64,000 nucleotides of DNA from NCBI RefSeq assembly GCF_009914755.1, contig NC_060936.1, one strand, 5' to 3'. This document shows positions 17,872-34,386 of the stretch, one piece after another (the stretch's first letter is position 1; every line of letters begins with the position of its first letter). The DNA comes from the human T2T-CHM13v2.0 reference genome, Homo sapiens. Both the position numbers and the translations under genes were made by a program. The notes under the pieces were generated by a model. The model did no database searches, was not told the origin of the DNA, and was given only the letters and a program-made list of their open reading frames with translations.

Positions 17872-18940
17872 AAGAAAAAAAATAGAACTACCATAAGACC
17901 TAGCAATCTGTCTTCTGGGTATATATCCAAAGGAAATGAAATCACTACCACATAAAGATATCTGCACTCCCACATTCACTGCAGCATCATGTACAATAGC
18001 CAAGATATGGAAACAACGTACATGTCCATCAACAAACGAATGGATAAAGAAACTATGGTGGCCAGGCACAGTGGCTCACACCTGTAATCCCAACACTTTG
18101 GGAGGCCAAGGCAGGTGGATTGCTTGAGCCTAGAGTTCAAAACCAGCCTGAGAAACATGGTGAAACCCCAACCCTACAAAAATAAAAATAAAAAATTAAC
18201 CAGGCATGATGGCATGTGCCTATGGTCTCAGCTGCTTGGGAGGTTGAAGTGGGAAGATCACTTGAGCCCCGAAGGTCGAGGCTGCAGTGAGCCATGATTG
18301 TGTTACCAATGGGGAGAGTCCAGATTCTTGGCATCTTGAAGAAAGAATTGGACAAAATGCACAAACAAAGCAAGGAAAAAATGAAGCAACAAAAGCAGAG
18401 ATTTATTGAAAATGAAAGTACACCCCACAGGGTGGGAGCAGGCCTGATCATATGGGTTCAAGAGCCCCGTTACAGAATTTTCTGGGGTTTAAATGCCCTC
18501 TAGAGGTTTCCACTGGTTACTTGGTGTATACCCTATGTAAATGAAGAGGATAAAGTTACAAAGTCATTTACTCAGTGTACACCCTATGTAAATGGAGAGG
18601 ATATTTCCTGACATAGCTGAAGTGTTTCCATCTGATTTAGTTCTAGGAAGTCAGCATGAATTGACCTTATGTTCCCTGCCTCCAGACCCTATTCTCCTGC
18701 CTCAGTTGTACCACCGCACTTCAGCCTGGGCGACAGAGCAAGACCCTGTCTCAAAAAAACAAGGTTAAAAAATAATAATCATAATAAACAAATAGAGTAT
18801 TATACAGCCTTTAAAAAAGGAGATCCTGTCATTTGCCACAACTTGGAGGAACTTGGAGGACATTATGCTATGTGAAATAAGCCAGACATAGAAAGAAAAA
18901 TATTGCATGATCTCACTTATATGTGGAATCTATAAAAGTG
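17872..18940 (+). mobile_element. L1MA-type 3' fragment interrupted by an AluJ (~18059-18760) that carries an LTR
   Basis: atagaactaccat..gggtatatatccaaagg..; resumes ~18790 to ctcacttatatgtggaatct. Confidence 0.75.
18301..18704 (-). mobile_element. ERV1 solo LTR (MER51-like) inserted in an AluJ
   Basis: Minus start TGAGGCAGGAGAATAGGGTCTGGAGGCAGGGAAC; TG..CA ends; flanks ATTG/GTTG. Confidence 0.75.
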
Positions 18941-18943
18941 GTC

Positions 18944-19250
18944 AGGCTGGGCGCGGTGGCCCACACCTGTAATCCCAGCACTTTGGGAGGCCAAGGCAGG
19001 GAGATACCTGAGGTTGGGAGTTCGAGACTAGCCTGACCAACATGAAGAAACCCCATCTCCACTAAAAATACAAAATTAGCCAGGTGTGGTGGCATATGCC
19101 TGTAATCCCAGCTACTCAGGAGGCTGAGGCAGGAGAATAGCTTGAACCTGGGAGGCGGAGATTGCGGTGAGCCAAGATTGTGCCACTGCACTCCACCCTG
19201 GGCAACAAGAGCAAAACTCCATCTCAAAAAAAAAAAAAAGAAAGAAAAGA
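18944..19250 (+). mobile_element. Alu (AluS)
   Basis: Full Alu. Confidence 0.9.
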
Positions 19251-19379
19251 AAAGGGGGAATATCATTTTCACACTGTTTCAGAGCATACAGAACCATGAG
19301 TAACTTTCTGCAACTGTCATAGCTGATTTCACTTTCTACCTATCACCTGGGTGCAGCAAGCAGGGCTACTCAGAGGTCC

Positions 19380-19933
19380 CGAGGTAAGAGGCAGGACTCG
19401 ACTTCAGAGTGGGGGCTCAGACACTGAACCAAACTGAGAATAGCTAAAATAGGGACGGGAGGAAGCAGCTTTCCACAAGACACGCCCACCAGTGTGCCTT
19501 GTCAGTTTACCACTAACATGGCAGCACCCGGGATTTACTGCCCCTTCCCATGGCAATGACCTGATGACCCAGAGGTTTCTACCCTTTCCCTAGAAATTTC
19601 TGCATAAATCACCCCTTAATCTGCATGCAGTTAAAAGTAGGTGTAAACCGGGCGCGGTGGCTCACGCCTGTAATCCCAGCACTTTGGGAGGCCGAGGCGG
19701 GCGGATCACGAGGTCAGGAGATCGCGACCATCCTGGCTAACACAGTGAAACCCCGTCTCTACTAAAAAAAATACAAAAAATTAGCCCGGCGTGGTGGCGG
19801 GTGCCTGTAGTCCCAGCTACTCAGGAGGCTGAGGCAGAATGGCGTGAACCTGGGAGGCGGAGCTTGCAGTGAGCCGAGATCGCGCCATTGCACTCCAGCC
19901 TGGGCGACAGAGCGAGAGAGCGAGACTCTGTCT

Positions 19934-19967
<34 letters not shown>

Positions 19968-20201
19968 AGGTGTAAACATGACTGCGGAACTGCCCTGAGC
20001 TGTTACTCTCAGCACACTGCCAATGGGGTAGCCCTGCTCTGCAGAAGCAGTCACAGAGTTGCAACACCGCCTAGGCTATAACACTGCCACTTCAATAAAG
20101 CTGTTTTCTTCTATTACAGGCTCACCCTTGAATGTTTTCCTGGGAGAAGCAAAGAATCCTCCCATGCTAAATCCCAATCTGGGGCTCGCCTGCCATGTAT
20201 C
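19380..20201 (+). mobile_element. MER41-family LTR split by an AluY (~19647-19965)
   Basis: cagtttacca..catggca, aataaagctgttttctt, ends ggggctcgcctgcc..tatca; Alu TSD AAG(T/G)AGGTGTAAA. Confidence 0.7.
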
Positions 20202-20299
20202 AAGAGGACTAGACTTCTAGTTTTCAGCCTCTGGGTATTTTTTAAAATGAAGAAATGCCAGAAATGAGTCAATATAATAGTGATGTGGTTTCGAAGTTT

Positions 20300-20633
<334 letters not shown>

Positions 20634-21171
20634 GCAGATGTTTGTTTTTAACCAATCAAAACTTTGAGTTAATCCAATAAATACAAAGACAGTGTGATCT
20701 TATATGGCAATAATAGCAAAGTCTATACTGTGCTTGAGGCCCTTCATGAATACCAGGCCCAGGCCACACTTCTTCTGGTTCCCTGAGTAACAATAAGACC
20801 CTTCCTTTCCTTCCTACTGGGAGTTCTTTGCTCTCCTATGGACAGAAGGGAATGAGAATTCAGATAAATCAGCCTTACGTTCTCTCTTGCCAGGAGAGCC
20901 ACTTGCAGCTCAGTGGATCACAAGTTGGCTCCTCCTAGCAAACCCAAGGTGATGGGGACAGGTGCATCCACTCCCCATCCATGGCCATCATATCTCAGCC
21001 CCTGCCAGCATTCTCTTGCCTCTCCAGGCTTCCACGGGGAGAAAAAAAAATCACTCTCACTGCTTTAGTGGATCTACACTATTTTCTTTCCTGGCACGCC
21101 AGGGAACTATTACAGAGAATTGTAGAGTAAAAGGACTGGAAGTTGCTGATTTATCTAAATAACTCATTCCC

Positions 21172-21817
<646 letters not shown>

Positions 21818-22102
21818 TTAGATCTAGGTTTTAAGAAGAAAAGAGTTTCTTGTGGACCCTTCCTCTCTCTCAACCCATGTTAAGCTTCAGATTTTAGCCA
21901 AATAATAACAATCTTTCTTCTTTACAGATTTTATCAGGTCCAAAGTGGCAAGGAACTATCTCTGGTTCCATGAATGAAGAAGACATTGCATGCTGCATCC
22001 AGTTTCTTCACAGGTTACCAAAGAAGCAAGCACACCTCACCATAGCAAGGATTAATTTTTCTATCAAGTCAAGACAATCTAGTTTCATATTAAGAAAGCA
22101 TA

Positions 22103-22420
<318 letters not shown>

Positions 22421-23454
22421 CATATATTGCCCCTAATGTTAACATTTTTACCATATTCCTTCCAAAATGATAACACTAATATGACTGCACCAAGGAATTA
22501 CTGAGTTTCTGAGCCTGCACTAGCTCTAACAGGTCACTCAGTCCCTCCCAGGTCATGGGTGCGAGCTCCAAATTCTGATCCACAACTCTCTCTCCTGACA
22601 GAAAGAAAAGGGAGGTCTTAGAACTTCTTAAGTGTATAATAGTTCACATTCTAACGTGTATCTGGATGGTTTCAATTATTTTTGCTGTGAAATATCAAAC
22701 CATCGTATTTGAACACAAGAGAATGACATGCAGGAGTCACACAACAAATACATATAACAAGAGCACATTGGGGTGCTGGGAGGGCACGCGCTCTTCTGCA
22801 ACTTCACCCCATGCTCCCTGTAAGATGTCCTTAGAAACAGAGGCCTGAAAGTCTGCTAACTTCAGTAAAAAGCAGGACATTTTAACAGCCACCCCTTCAA
22901 AATGTAAAAATATTGCTTCAGATTGCCAAAAACCATTTTGCACTGAACATTCTGACCTTTACCCCAACCCTGAGCCTCACCCCATTCCTGAAGCTTGCCC
23001 TATCCCTGACCTTCTGAGCTGAGGGCCCAGCCCCAGTCCCTGCCCCAGCCCCAGGAACTACCTCATCTGATTCTCACCCTGACCCATGCTTGCTGACCAG
23101 GCCTCTGACTATCTGGCCTACCACTTCCATCTAGGCCCACTTACTGCCACACCTAGCCAGCCTGATTTTGGCTAGATCTATTTAGTCCTATTTAGCCAAG
23201 CCCAGTCCCAGTCCCAGTCCCAGTCCCCAGACAGCTCCTGTTTAACCCTGCCTGTGAGATGCTGAGTCTCCAGACCTGCTCATCTGGTCACACCTACTAG
23301 ATTCAAGTCCTTTGCTCTATTTCTCCTGAAGTCTGGCTCTAACATCCGTCAGCCGAGCCCCACAGAGCACTACTTCCTGAGGAGCAAAAGAGACCTAAGA
23401 CCTGAGCTCACAGGCTCCATCCTTTCCCAGGCAACAGAATTGTTTTCTCGGACA

Positions 23455-23620
23455 GTGCCTCTCAAAATGGAATGCACATTCGAATGACCTGGGAGTCTTG
23501 TTAAAAATGCAGATTCAGATTCAGTAGGTCTGGAGTGAGGCCCTAAAGCCTGCATTTCTAACAAACACGCAAGTGAAGCCCATGTTGGTCCAGAAAACAA
23601 ACTTTAATTAGCACAGTTCT
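23455..23620. mobile_element. MER5-type DNA transposon relic
   Basis: ttaaaaatgcagattc..gattcagtaggtctgg..tgcatttctaacaa. Confidence 0.65.
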
Positions 23621-23955
23621 GGAATACCAATTATAGTTTTGCAAAATTAAAAAAAAATGTTTACAGTATCAACAGCCTTAATTTCTACTAAGGGAAGAGA
23701 ACTCATCCCCCCATAGAATGCTCCAGCCTACAGAACTTAGAGTCTGTCCCACATATATTGTGCACTAATCACACAGTGCTTTGAATTTCACTCAATAGTT
23801 TCCTATATGTGTGTTTTATTATTCATTTGGTTCCTTTACAGCATTTGTTCATTCTGCAAACATTATTGATCATTAATCTATTAGGGCCATAAGAATATAT
23901 AAGGCATAGTCACTGTGTCCCATAAGGCAACAGGCCATTAAAGAAGATAGATATG

Positions 23956-24277
<322 letters not shown>

Positions 24278-24736
24278 TCAGCACAATAACAGTATATGTA
24301 TATAGCGTGGAGGAAAAAGAGACCTGTAACCCCATTGGAGTTGGGGAATCAACAGGAAAGCCATTCTGGGCAAAAAAGTAGCCTGAGCTGAATCTAACAG
24401 AGGAGTGAGTCAAATGAAGTGCAGGGGACCCACAAGGCAGAGGAGCAGCCTGGCAGAGGCCCCCGGGTGAAATGGCTGGGTCAGAGAAGAGCTGCACACA
24501 CCCAGGTTGTTGGGGCACAGTTAGCAGGGAGGAAGCCTCCAAGAAGAGGCTGAGGTGTCAGCCAGGGAACGATCACAGGGACCTTGTCTGCCACGTTAAG
24601 GATCTTGGACTTTAGCCTGTGGACAATAAGGAAACAATTTAAGTTTTTAAATAAGGCCAAGGCACGTTTGGGTTTTAGGTAAATCACGTTTGGTGACTGT
24701 GCAGAAAATTAAACTGAAGGTGCCAAAACTAGAAAC

Positions 24737-25084
24737 AGGCTGGGCAAGGTGACATATGCCTGTAATCCCAACACTTTGGGAGGCCAAGGTGGGAGGATTG
24801 CTTGAGCTCAGGAGCTCGAGACCAGCCTCGACAACATAGCAAGACCTCATCTCCACTAAAAATAAGTGTAAAAAATTAGCCAAGCATGGTGGTGCGTGCC
24901 TATAGTTCCAGCTACACTCTGTTGTCCAGGCTGTAATGCAATCGTATAATCATGGCTCACTGCAGCTTCAACTTCCTGGACTCAAGCAATCTTCCCACCT
25001 CAACCTCCTAAGTAGCTCAAGCAATCCTCCTGCCTTGGCCTCCCAAAGTGCTGGGATTACAGGCGTGAGCCACCACATCCAACC
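24737..25084. mobile_element. Two truncated AluJ elements fused in opposite orientation
   Basis: Sense Alu to ~24915 joined directly to antisense Alu. Confidence 0.8.
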
Positions 25085-25264
25085 AATGCTACCTTTCTAA
25101 CACCTGTATAAATATCCTCCTCTCTGTCCCCACCACTATTGCCTTACTTCTCATTAGCCTTTCCTGGTACCATAGCAAATCATCTCTTAACTGATCTCCC
25201 AGCCTCCAGTATTTTTTCCCTTAAATCAAACATCGGAGAAATGTTTCCAACAGACTAATCTGAC

Positions 25265-25632
25265 TATCTTAGTCTGTTTTCTGCTGCTGTAACGTAATAC
25301 CACAGACTGGATAGTTTATAAAGAATAGGAGTTTATTTTGCTTGTAAGTCTGGAGGCTAGTAAGTCCAAAAGACCATGTTGCCAGTGTCTTGTGAGGGTC
25401 TTTGTGCTGTGTTATCCCATAGCATAAGGGCAAGCAAGTCCATGAAACAGAGAAAAAATTAAGCCTATTCTCATGATAACTAATCCGCTCCTGTGACAGT
25501 GGCATCAATACATTCATGAGGGCAGAGCCTTCACAATTTAATTGCCCCTGAAAGGTCTCCTCTCTCAATACTGTTATATTGAAAATGAAATTTCGACATG
25601 AGTTTTGGAGGGGATATTCAAGTCACATGGCA
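25265..25632 (-). mobile_element. MaLR LTR (MST/MLT1 type)
   Basis: cttagtctgttt..cacagactgg..catgagttttggagggga. Confidence 0.65.
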
Positions 25633-25699
25633 CTGACCATGTGACTCTTTCCCATTTCCTATAGGACAAGAGGCAAACCCCATAGATTAGTGTATAAGA

Positions 25700-25780
25700 T
25701 CCTCAATGACATAGACATTTCTCAATGATATGGGTCCTTTCTCAATGATATGGGTCCTTTCTCAATGATATGGACCTTTC
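25700..25780. repeat. 20-bp tandem repeat (CTCAATGATATGGGTCCTTT), ~3.5 copies
   Basis: Units at 25721, 25741, 25761 plus a degenerate copy at 25702. Confidence 0.85.
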
Positions 25781-26807
25781 ATTAATACATCTACTAAATG
25801 TGTATTGAGTGGTCCCTGAAACAGGCACTAGAAATGGCCCTGAAGATATTACCATGAAGAGAAAAATATACTCTGGCATTGTAGAGCTAACATGCTAGAG
25901 GAGACAGCCAATTTTAAAATATAGACAAGCCAGGCCTGGTGGTGCACACCTGTAGTCCCAGGTACTCAGGAGGCTGAGGCAGGAGGATCCCTTGAGGGCA
26001 GGAGTTCGAGGCCACAGTGCTGTAATCACACATATGAATAGCCACTGCACTCCAGCCTACACAACACAGTGATACACCATCTATAAAATTAAATTAAAAT
26101 ATAGAAAAATTTAAAAGCTTAAATGTGATAAAGGTATTCATCATCTATTTGACATACACATTTTTAGTGTCTACTACTTGCCAGGCACATGCTAGATGCT
26201 AAACACGTGGTGATAAGGGAAAAGGACACAATCCTTACTGTTATGGAGCTCATGGGCAGACACTAATACCATAATAACAGTCATGAACAGTATCACAAAC
26301 TGGCCTAAGGGCTGTTGACCAAAATGAATAAGGGAAGGGATGCTTGATACAAGAACCAAACAATGAGTTAAAAAATTAACTAGGCAGGAGGGAGGAGGGA
26401 CTGCTGAAAAGAAAGCAAGCATATCAGGAAGAGGAAGACAAGCTCAACAGCACTGAAGCTAAAAGGAGTGAGAGTATGAGGAACTGAAAGAAGATTGTAT
26501 AGCTAAAACACAGGGTTAAGGGAGGGTAGCATGAGAGGTGGACAGGGGCCAGATCACACAGGGCCTTATGGGCTACAGTAAGGAGTTCAGATTTTGTACC
26601 AAAGATAATGGGAATCCACTAAAAGGTTTTAAGCAGTGGGTGAAAGTGGAGAGACAGTTAATGAGGCCCTTGCAGTGGGCCAGGCAGCGGAGGGTCATGA
26701 TCTGGTCTAGGGTTATGCCAGTGGAGATGAAAGAAATGCATGAAATTAATGAACTGGGAAATAGAGCTGACAGGACTTGTGAGTAACTTGAAAGTTATAT
26801 ATATATT

Positions 26808-27121
<314 letters not shown>

Positions 27122-28159
27122 TTATAGAGAGATACAGATGGAGATGAAATGACATGATGTTTGGGATTTGCTTCAAAATGACACACAGGAGAAGGAAGCA
27201 GAAAGTAGAAAAGGATGTGGATGGGGAAGGATTGGCTGTGGGTTGATAGTTGTTGGGATGAATGATGTATACATGGGGGTATCTTATACTGTTCTGCCAA
27301 CTTTTGTGTATATTCAAAATTCTCCATTATACAAAGTTAGAAATGAGAAAAGAAAAGGAGGAGACAGAGAAGAAATAGAATAAATCCTAGGTTTTTGGTT
27401 GAGCAATCAAGAAGCTAATGGTGCCATTCACTGAGATGATGAAGAAGATGGGCAGAGTAAGACAAGAGACTTGGGGAGTACCGTAAGTGTCATTTTGGAC
27501 ATGTTAAGTTTTATATGTCCAGAAGATATGCTGAGGAGGAGGATCAAGTACACAACTGGGTATACAAATTTGAAACTCAAAGGAAGGATCTGCACTAAAG
27601 ATATAAATGTGTGAATAATTTGCATATACATGGCATTTTAAACCATGAAAATGGATGGGATTTGGTGAAAATTATGTGTCAATGTAGGTTCATCAATTGT
27701 AATAAATGTCCACTCTGGTGGGGGATACTGATAATGAGGAAGGCTAGTCATGTGTGAGGACAAAGGGTATGTGGAAAATCTCTGTACTTTCCTCAACTTT
27801 TCTATGAAGCTAAAACTGCTCTAAAAAATAAAGTCTATATTAAAAAAAAAAAGATGAGGTTATTTAATGAGAGAATTTAGACAGAGAAAGACCCAAGACT
27901 AAACCCAAAGAAACAAAATTTAAAGGTCGAGTAGATGAGAAAGATCTAAAAAAAGAAGTTTCTAAGAAGTAACAGCCACGGGAATGTTATAGAAACAAGA
28001 AGACTGTTATGTTAGGACAGCCTAGATGAGAGAATTTTTCAAGAAGAAATAGTAGCCAACTATTTCTGAAGATGTTGAAAAGTCAGATAAGATGAGAACA
28101 GGGAATATTCACTGGACCTGGCATGTGGAAATAATTAATAGGCTTGATAATAATAGTTT

Positions 28160-28878
28160 CGGGTTTCTTTGTTTTGTTTTGTTTTGTTTTGTTTTTAGAG
28201 ACAGGGTCTCTCTCTGTCTCCCAGGCTGGAGTACACTGACCCAGTCATGGTTCACTGTAACCCTGAACTTGCAGGCTCAAGCAATCCCCTTGCCTCTGCC
28301 TCCTAAGTAGCTGGGGCTACAGGCGCATGCCACCACACCCGGCTAATTGGCTAATTTTTTTATTTTTTGTAGAGAAAAACAACAGCCTATGTTGCCCAAG
28401 CTGGTCTCAAACTCCTGGGCTCAAGCAGTCATTTCCTCTCGGCCTCCCAAAGTACTTGGATTACAGGCACGAGCCACCACGCCCGCCCAAAGTCATAATT
28501 CTTGAGTCATCTGCTCGTGTTATCTTGGTTTCCTCACCTTCCATTCACTCTTTCTCCCACTCCAATCCATCACTAATAAAAATTTCTTGGGCTTGGCACA
28601 GTAGCTCACGCCTGTAATCCCAGCACTTTGGGAGACCAAGACAGGAGGATGGCTTGAGGCCAGGAGTTCAAGATCAGCCTGGGCAACCCTGAGAGATACC
28701 CTGTCTCTACAAAAATTTTTAAAAGTTAGTAGGCATGGTGGTATGCACCTATAGTCCTAGCTACTCAAGAGGCTGAAGCAGGAAGGGCAGCACAACCCCA
28801 GGAGTTTGAGGCTGCAGTGAGTCAGAATGGTGCACTCCAGCCTAGGCAACAGAGCAAGATCCTGCCAAAAAAAAAAGA
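28160..28878. mobile_element. Two AluJ elements, antisense (~28160-28488) and sense (~28588-28878)
   Basis: Diverged Alu sequence. Confidence 0.8.
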
Positions 28879-29467
28879 CTTTGACATAGATTTGTAAAAT
28901 GGAGTTTTAGCTAAAGTGACATGTGGTGTCAAGAGGGTCAGTTTATTATTAACCTGAAATATATTAGAGCATATTCATATTTTGAAAGATCCATGGAAAG
29001 GCAGAGATTAATGATTTAGGAGAAAGAAAGATAAAATGAAGACAAGAATTCATAGCAGCATTGTTTATAGTACCCCAAAAGTGGAAACAACCCAAATGTC
29101 TATCAACTGTTGAATAAATAAACAAAATGTGGCATATCTGTACAATGCAATGCTACTTGGACGTAAAAGGAATGAAGTATTGATACATGCTACAACATGT
29201 GTAAACTTTGGAAGCATTATGCTGTGTGAAAAGCCAGTCACATAGGCCACATGTAGTATGATTCCAATTACATGAAATGTCAAGAATAAGTAAATCCATA
29301 CAGACATAAGTAGAGTAGTGATTGCCTACGGAAAGGAAATTGATGGTACTGGGGTTGGGATGGGGATGGGGGAAATGGGAGTAAGTGGTAAAAGCACAAG
29401 TTTCTTTTGGGGTAACGAAAATGTTCTAAAATTGATTGTGGTGGCTGGTTGCACAACTCTGAATATA

Positions 29468-30236
29468 CAGTCACATGTTAAGTCATATGTTGCTTAACAA
29501 CAGGAATAAGTTCCGAGAAATGCATCGTTAGGTGATTTTACCATTACGGGAACATCATCATAGAGTGTCCTTACACAAGCTTGGATGGTGTAGCCTACTA
29601 TACAGCTAGGCTATATGGCGTAACCTATTGCTCCTAGGCTGCAAGCCTGTACAGCATGTTACTGTACTCAATACTATAGGCAATTGTAACACCATGTTAA
29701 GTATTTATGTATCTAAACGTGGAAAAGGTGTGGTAAAAAATACAGTATAAAAGATTTAAAAACGGCATACCTATATAGGGCACATATCATGAATGGACTT
29801 TGCAGGACAAGAAGTTGCTCTGGGTGAGTCAGTGAGTGACTACACTAAATTTATTTACATTTTTTTTTTCTTTTCTTCAATAATAAACTAGCCTTAGCTT
29901 ACTGCAACTTTTTTACTTTATAAACTTTTTAATTTTTTTAACTTTGACTCTTGTAATAACACTTAGCTTAAAACATAAATATTCTACAGCTGTACAAAAA
30001 TATTTTATTTCTTTATATCCTTATTCTATAAGCTTTTTCTATTTTTTAAATTTTTTTAACTTTTTTGTTAAAAGCTAAGACACAAAGACACACATTAGCC
30101 TAGGTCTACACAAGGTCAGGATCATCAAGACATCACTACAGGACAGGGATTTTTCAGCTACATAATAATCTTATGGTACCTCCATCATATATGTGCTCTG
30201 TCATTGAGCTAAATGTGTTATGCAGCACATGGCTGT
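29468..30236 (+). mobile_element. Tigger3-like DNA transposon
   Basis: cagtca..tgcttaacaacagg..gagaaatgcatcgttagg start and tgcagcacatggctg end, TA flanks. Confidence 0.7.
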
Positions 30237-30308
30237 ACAGTTGACCCTTGAACAACTCAGGACCTAGGGGACTGATACCCCTCACAATTGAAAATCTGTG
30301 TATCTGCA

Positions 30309-30510
30309 GGGTGGGGAACACCACACATTGGGGCCTGTCGTGGGGTGGGGTGGGGGGAAGGATAGCATTAGGAGATATACCTAATGTAAATGACCAGCTA
30401 ATGGGTGCAGCACACCAACATGGTACATGTATACATATGTAACAAACCTGCACGTTGTGCACATGTACCCTAGAACTTAAAGTGTAATTAAAAAAAGAAA
30501 ATTTAAAAAA
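30309..30510 (+). mobile_element. L1PA 3' end fragment
   Basis: gggtgcagcacaccaacatgg..atgtaccctagaacttaaag plus A tail. Confidence 0.85.
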
Positions 30511-30526
30511 ATATATATGTGTGTCT

Positions 30527-31460
<934 letters not shown>

Positions 31461-32174
31461 TTACTCCCCAGTGATAATCACATCCAGCATTCAGATCTTG
31501 GTTTTTAAATACCATCCTCCTCACAAAAGACCAGTGCTTCTTTGAGAAATAACTAAGTTCGGGGCTGGAGCAGGGGAAATACAAGATGAGCCTGGAACAT
31601 CTTCTTGTAGCAGAAAGTAAGAAAATGCTCAAAGAGTGATGGAGTTGTGTCAAAAGGAGACAGGAGCCAGCTTGCAGGTGCTCCCCCAGCCAAATCTAGG
31701 GCAATTTGAACATCAAAATACACACCCAGGTATTCACCCAAGAGAAATAAAAGCATACGTCCACACAAACCCATGTACACAAACAGTTCATAGTAGCTTT
31801 ATTTCTAACAGTCAGAAATTGGAAACAACCCAAACGTTTATCAACAAGTGAATGGATAAAAATATATGTGGTATATCCATACAATGGAATACTACTCAGA
31901 AATGGAAATGAACTGCGGATGCATGTACAACATGGATGACTCTCCAAATAAACATGCTGAATGAAATAAGCCAGATGCTGAAATCCCATACATTATAGGA
32001 TTCCATTTACACAAAATTCCAGAAAATGCAAACTATTTGGGAGGCCAAGGTAGGCGGATCACCCGAGGTCAGGAGTTTGAGACCAGCCTGGTCAATATGG
32101 TGAAACACCGTCTCTACTAAAAATACAAAAATTAGCCGGGCATGGTGGTGCATGCTTGTAATCCCAGCTACTCA

Positions 32175-32300
<126 letters not shown>

Positions 32301-32390
32301 TTAATCTATACTGACAGAGAGCAGATCAGCGGTTACCTGAAGATGGGGATGAAAGAGGGGCGAATGGATTACAAAGAAACACAAGGAAAC

Positions 32391-32777
32391 TGATATAGTT
32401 TGGATGTTTGTCCCCTCCAAATCTCATGTTGAAATGTAATCCTCAATGTCAGAGGTGGGGCCTGGTGGGATGTGTTTGGCTCCTGAGGTCCCAACCCCTC
32501 ATCAGTGGCTCAGTGCCAACCCCTTGGTGATGAGTGAGTTCTCGCTCTGGCAGTTCACGCAAGGTCTCTCTTGCTCCCTCTCTTGCCATGTGATACACTG
32601 CTCCCCTTCGTCTTCCACCATGATTGTAAGCTCCCTGAGACCCTCACCAGAGGCCAAGCAGATACTGGTGCCATGCTTCCTGTGCAGTCTGCAGAACTAT
32701 GAACCAATTAAACTTTTTTTCTTTATAAATCAACCAGCCTTAGGTATTTCTTAACAGCAATGCAAAAGCCTAACACA
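32391..32777 (+). mobile_element. MST-family (MaLR) solo LTR
   Basis: TGATATAGTTTGGATGTTTGTCCCC...TAACACA. Confidence 0.75.
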
Positions 32778-33411
32778 TAGACATGTTCATTATCTCGACT
32801 GTGGTAATGGTTTCCCAGGTATATACTGTGTCAAAAATAATCTATATACTGTAAATATGTAAACCTTCTTATATATATTATACCTCAAAGAAACTGTAAA
32901 TAAATAAATAGGGTATTAGGTTACAAATCAGTGAATAAAATAGGAATCTATGCATCAATAATAATATGAACACATAAAAGACACATAAAACCAAATATTG
33001 CTGGTGGACGTGTAAATGGGTACAATCACTTTGGAAACCCATTTGCTATTATCTACTAAATCCAATACATTGTTAAGAAGGGGGGGAAGCAAGGTATACA
33101 AGAGTGTGTACAATATACTACTATTTGTAAAAGAAAAGGGAATATGTATATGTATATATGTACATGGATCTAAACACGTGGTGTGTGTGTTCCCTGCTCG
33201 TTCACAGGTCATCTCTGGAAGGATTCACAAGAAATTGGCAATATGGCATTTAGTGCCTCCAGAGAGGAGATCTGAGTGGTTGGGTCACAGGAGTAGAAGA
33301 GAGAATTTTCCCTGTAATCTCTTTAGTATCTTTTTAATTTTGTACTAAGTGAATGTACTGCCTCTTCCAAAAAAAGTTGTTTAATAATGTTTTGTAAAAA
33401 GAATTCTTCTC

Positions 33412-33745
33412 AGCCAGGCGCAGTGGCTCCCAACTGTAATCCCAGCACTTTGGGAAGTCGAGGTGGGTGGATCACCTGAGCCCAGGAGTTCAAGACCAAC
33501 CTGGGCAACAGGGTGAAACCCTGTCTCTACAAATTACAGAAAAAAAAAAATTGCTGGGCATGGTGGTATGCACTTGTAGTCCCAGAAAATCAGGAGGCTG
33601 GTGTAAGAGGATCACTTGAGCCTAGGGACATTGAGGTTGCAGTGAGCCCAGACTGCTGCCACTGCACCCCAGCCTGGGCAGCAGAGACCCTGTCTCAAAA
33701 AAAGGAAAGAAGGAAAGAAGGGAGGAAGGGAGGGAGGGAGGGAAG
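33412..33745 (+). mobile_element. AluJ with (GGAA/GGGA)n tail
   Basis: Diverged full Alu. Confidence 0.8.
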
Positions 33746-33949
33746 GATCTCTAAAAAGTGGCTATTCTCTGACCTCACTTCCCCCTATTTGTCCAACTTA
33801 CCCCATTCCCCACAGAACTAAACTTCTCACCCTTTCCAGGAGAGGGCATGCTGTCTCTGTCCTGTACACCTACTTTTTCCTCTGCCAAGAGCACCCTTCC
33901 CTTCCTATGGCCCCTCTGAAGTGCCTGACCTGAGGACGAAATGAGGCCA

Positions 33950-34386
33950 GGATATGTCCCATGAGTCAACTCTGTCCCCAGCATTCACCACTACCAACCC
34001 ACCCCCAACGCCCTGCCAGCCCCCGACACTCCCCCGCCATGAGTCTGTCATCTGAAACATATCCCCTTACCCCTTCCCACTCCCTCTGAGATGACTCAGC
34101 AGCCCCTGCCCCCCTTCAGCTGGGCACAGTGCCCCAGAACTCAGGAACATGGGTACCACCTGTCCCTCCGCCCACATAAAAGTCATTGAAGAGCTTGTGG
34201 GGCTGTGGGACCTGCGCCCTCTGGAGGAATTCCATACACCCACTCAACTCTGGCAAATAGGAAATTGTCAAGTAGGAGACAAGGAGCAAAGTCCTATCAC
34301 AGCGGGAGGGGACGCCAGCGCCTGCAGAGGCTGAGCAGGGAAAAAGCCAGTGCCCCAGCGGAAGCACAGCTCAGAGCTGGTCTGCC
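33950..34386 (+). promoter_or_regulatory. METTL7B: METTL7B proximal promoter/5'UTR
   Basis: AP-1 TGAGTCA 33962-33968; ARE ATGACTCAGCA 34091-34101; GC box 34168-34173; TATA-like CATAAAA 34175-34181; FOX-like GCAAATA 34253-34259; HNF4-like CAAAGTCC 34287-34294. Confidence 0.6.

Noticed and set aside
25700-25780. Repeat array superficially CRISPR-like
   Set aside because: No spacers; simple tandem duplication in a primate genome
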